Positions 44,162 through 47,309 of a stretch of 47,309 nt of DNA are shown one piece after another. Position numbers and translations under genes: made by a program. Source of the stretch: Basidiobolus meristosporus CBS 931.73 (Eukaryota > Fungi > Basidiobolomycota); contig MCFE01000674.1 of the NCBI GenBank assembly GCA_002104905.1, positions 1 to 47,309 of the forward strand, given 5' to 3'. Under the pieces are notes generated by a model that made no database searches, was not told the origin of the DNA, and saw only the letters and a list, made by a program, of their open reading frames with translations. Each line of letters opens with the position of its first letter. Position 1 is the first letter of the stretch.

Positions 44162-44554
44162 CCCCTGACTTACCTGTGGATCCCTGCCTTCTGCCCAAAG
44201 TTTGAAGAAAACTTGTAAAAGGAATACTCACCGTAAGTATCACCCATCATCTTTCCCTAGTCTTGTCCTATAAAGGCAAAGATACTTTATCTTTGTAAAA
44301 CTATTGGTCAAAGCTGCATTCACTTTATTACCCTGCTGGTGGAGTTTACAGTTGTTACAGTATTGGAAGCTTTAGTACAATACTCTATCAAAGGACGTTG
44401 AAACCAGTACCGTCTGAAGTGACGCTAACTTACTTAAGTTGGGGATTGTGGCTCAATAGTTGTATTCTTGACATACTAGTGGCTTTACAAACCCACAATC
44501 TAGTTTAGTATATTCCAGTATTCCTTGCAAGTTCATCCGCCTTCCTCTGCTACC

Positions 44555-45487
44555 ATGTCCAACCTAGAGCTGAACTTTGCCCAGCTCATGGCTGCCTTTA
44601 CCCAACTGCAGCAAGACCATGCAGACCTCAGAAACACTCTTGCTCAGTTCCAGAACCAAAGTGTCCAGCAAACTAGCCATGTCCCAGTCTACCAAGAACC
44701 CAAGTATACTCCTGCTACCAAGTTCAATGGCTCTCAGAATGAATTTCATGGCTTCATCAACATGGTGAAGAACAATCTTGCACTCCAGCCCAACCGGTAC
44801 CCCACTGACCAGGCCAAAGTTGGTTTCATCTCCAACCTGCTTACTGGTACAGCTCTCAAGTGGTTCTCCCCATTAGTGGAGACCAACTCTCCCCTCCTCA
44901 GAGACTACCAAGCTTTCCTCACTGAAATGGAGCTAACATTTGGTAACCTTGACCAAGCCAGAACTGCTGCCAACAAGATCAAGACCCTCAAGCAAGGGAA
45001 CAAACCAGCATCAGTCTATGCCTCAGAATTCCAACAACTCTCCAGTGACCTCAGCTCCTGGGGTCAAGCAGCCTTGATTAGCCAATTCCAAGATGGCCTC
45101 AATGATGAAGTTTGTGATCTGCTACTCACACTCCCAGATCCAGATACATTGGTTGAAGCTATGCACCAAGCAATCCGGTGTGATAACAGACTATTCCAGA
45201 AGAAGCAAAAGAACCGTCAAAGACACATTCCTGTTGCAGTCCCAGCCCCTCCTGCTCCCCAAGTCACTCCAGAAGATCCTATGCAGATTGATAGTGCCAA
45301 ATACAAGAAACTATCAAAGAGTGAAAAGTCCAGACGTCAACAAGCCAACCTCTGTCTATACTGTGGCCAACCAGGTCACTTTGCCAAGTCCTGCCCTAAC
45401 AAGAAGTCCAGCTTCAAGCTGATGCAGTCCTCCAGCAACCAACCTGATTCAGATCTGTTGGGAAACTCCAATGTCCAGTTGCACTGA
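44555..45487 (+). CDS. Gag (retrotransposon gag / PEG10-like, CCHC zinc knuckle)
   Basis: [12 protein letters not shown]...[52 protein letters not shown]. Confidence 0.95.
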   Translation: MSNLELNFAQLMAAFTQLQQDHADLRNTLAQFQNQSVQQTSHVPVYQEPKYTPATKFNGSQNEFHGFINMVKNNLALQPNRYPTDQAKVGFISNLLTGTALKWFSPLVETNSPLLRDYQAFLTEMELTFGNLDQARTAANKIKTLKQGNKPASVYASEFQQLSSDLSSWGQAALISQFQDGLNDEVCDLLLTLPDPDTLVEAMHQAIRCDNRLFQKKQKNRQRHIPVAVPAPPAPQVTPEDPMQIDSAKYKKLSKSEKSRRQQANLCLYCGQPGHFAKSCPNKKSSFKLMQSSSNQPDSDLLGNSNVQLH

Positions 45488-45580
45488 CAGGCTTGCAACT
45501 GGACCCACCCATGAAAATCCAGCATATCCAAGAATCTTCCTTTGCCACAAAATCTATACAGTCCTTGAGAATGCCTGTCA
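45460..45580 (+). promoter_or_regulatory. -1 programmed ribosomal frameshift signal (G GGA AAC plus stem-loop/pseudoknot)
   Basis: Slippery heptamer in the gag frame, a 6-nt spacer, then an 11-bp perfect stem; pol is open in the -1 frame. Confidence 0.88.
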
Positions 45581-47309
45581 AAATCCAGATCCCTGACTCC
45601 AGTCCTGTCCCAGCCCTAGCCCTGATTGATTCTGGTGCTTCATCCTGTTTCATTGACCAAGCCTTTGTCCAGAAGCACTCTATTCCTGTTACCTTGGAAT
45701 CCTGTCCAGTCCATGTAGAAGTTATTGATGGAAGATCACTCTCCTCTGGTGCTGTTACCCATGAAACATGCTTACTCCAGCTGTCCAGTACTGCCCACCA
45801 AGAAAGAATTGCCTTCAACATCATCAACTCACCACACTATCTTATTGTGCTTGGAAGCTCATGGTTGAGCTACCACAATCCGAGTATTGATTGGAAATCC
45901 AAGATTCTGTCATTCACCAGATCCCACCAAGTCAACTCCATGAAATCTCCAGACCCTGATAACCGTGAAAAGACAGTTGCCAACAGTTCAACAGCCCAAG
46001 ATACCTTGCCAGCTGAAGGAGCCCCCTCAGCAACTATACCAGCCAAGTACCAAGAGTTTGCTCATGTCTTTGACAAGAAGAAAGCAGAACTCCTCCCTGA
46101 CCATCGGCCTTATGACTGCCCTATTGACCTTGAAGATGGAAAAGTCCCTCCATTTGGCCCAATATATAACCTCTCCCAGCCGGAGTTGAAAGAACTCCAA
46201 GGTTATATTCAAGAAAACCTCCAGAAGGGTTTTATTCAGCACTCCAAATCACCTGCTGGAGCCCCAATCCTCTTTGTCAAGAAGAAGGATGGCACCCTCA
46301 GAATGTGTGTGGACTACCGTGCTTTGAATAAGATCACAGTCAAGAACCGCTACCCCCTGCCCCTAATCAACACACTGTTGGATCAGCTATCTGCTGCCCA
46401 AGTCTTCACCAAGATTGACTTGAGAGGAGCTTACAATCTTGTCAGAATCAAGCCCGGTGATGAATGGAAAACTGCCTTTCGCACAAGATATGGCCACTTT
46501 GAATACAAAGTAATGCCATTTGGCCTCACCAATGCCCCTGCTGTGTTTCAACACCTCATGAATGACATATTCCGTGAATACCTTGACCATTTTGTGGTAA
46601 TCTACCTTGATGATATTCTCATATACTCCAAGAGCCAAGATGAACATGATGAACATGTCAAGAAAGTATTGAGAAAACTAGACTCTGCCGGTCTCTATGC
46701 CAAGTTAGAGAAGTGTGAATTTGACCAGAGAGAAGTGGAATTTCTTGGTTACCTCATCAGCCCTGAGGGAACAAGAATGGACCCAAAGAAAGTTGACTCA
46801 GTCCAGTCCTGAAAAACTCCAAGCTCAGTCAAGGAAGTACAATCCTTCCTGGGATTTGCCAACTTCTATCGCAGGTTCATAGCCAACTACTCCAAGATAG
46901 TCACCCTCTGACAAAGCTAACCCAGAAGAACACACCTTTTGCCTGGAATGAGGAGCAATCCACCTCATTCAACCAACTTAAGAAATCTTTCCTGAAGGCC
47001 CCCCTGCTTGCCCACCCTGACCTTGAGAAGCAATTCATAGTGGAGACTGATGCTTCTGATTTTGCCCTTGGTGCCATACTCTCCCAGTATGATGAGGACA
47101 ATGTGTTGCACCCCATTGCATTCTACTCTTGGCAGTTTTCCCCTGCAGAGATCAACTATGATATCTATGATAAGGAGTTGCTTGCCATCATTGTAGCCTT
47201 TGAGCAATGGAGACACTATCTGGACGGTGCAAAACACAAAATCAAAGTCTTCTGTGACCATAAGAACCTTGAGTACTTTGCAACTTCCAAGGTACTAAAC
47301 CAGAGACAA
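45463..47309 (+). pseudogene. Pol (aspartic protease, RT, RNase H) with a nonsense codon and a frameshift
   Basis: [45 protein letters not shown] replaces the expected Trp at 46810-46812, and a 1-nt frameshift occurs near 46903-46908. Confidence 0.95.

Larger units (their letters stand above)
43628..47309 (+). mobile_element. Ty3/gypsy LTR retrotransposon (Tf1/sushi-like), runs off the window end; pol inactivated
   Basis: LTR, gag with zinc knuckle, then PR-RT-RH order. Confidence 0.97.

Overview
Eukaryotic genomic DNA, most consistent with an early-diverging fungus (short spliceosomal introns, fungal-type gene set, U12-type introns; species not determinable). Three zones. (1) 1-5.8 kb repeat block: an ORF1-only element with a duplicated, telomere-repeat-like (C3-8TAA) 3' tail, fused directly to the truncated 3' LTR of a nearly intact minus-strand Ty1/copia element. 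(2) 6.8-29.3 kb compact CpG-rich gene island: F-box/LRR, RPS11, conserved hypothetical, TRAPPC13, a secreted Lys/Ala-repeat protein, CsbD-like microprotein, PHO13-like phosphatase, TAF13, ASCC2/CUE3, COQ1, RPL25 and SCOT. The adjacent TAF13 and ASCC2 genes each carry an intron with minor-spliceosome (U12) signals, one of them AT-AC. (3) 30.3-47.3 kb CpG-depleted transposon graveyard: further copies of the same copia family, CACTA-like and gypsy relics, and a Tf1/sushi-like Ty3/gypsy element with a self-priming PBS and a PEG10-like GGGAAAC -1 frameshift signal followed by a predicted pseudoknot. Gene models were built by hand from splice signals and protein motifs. No database searches were run, so family assignments rest on recognised motifs.
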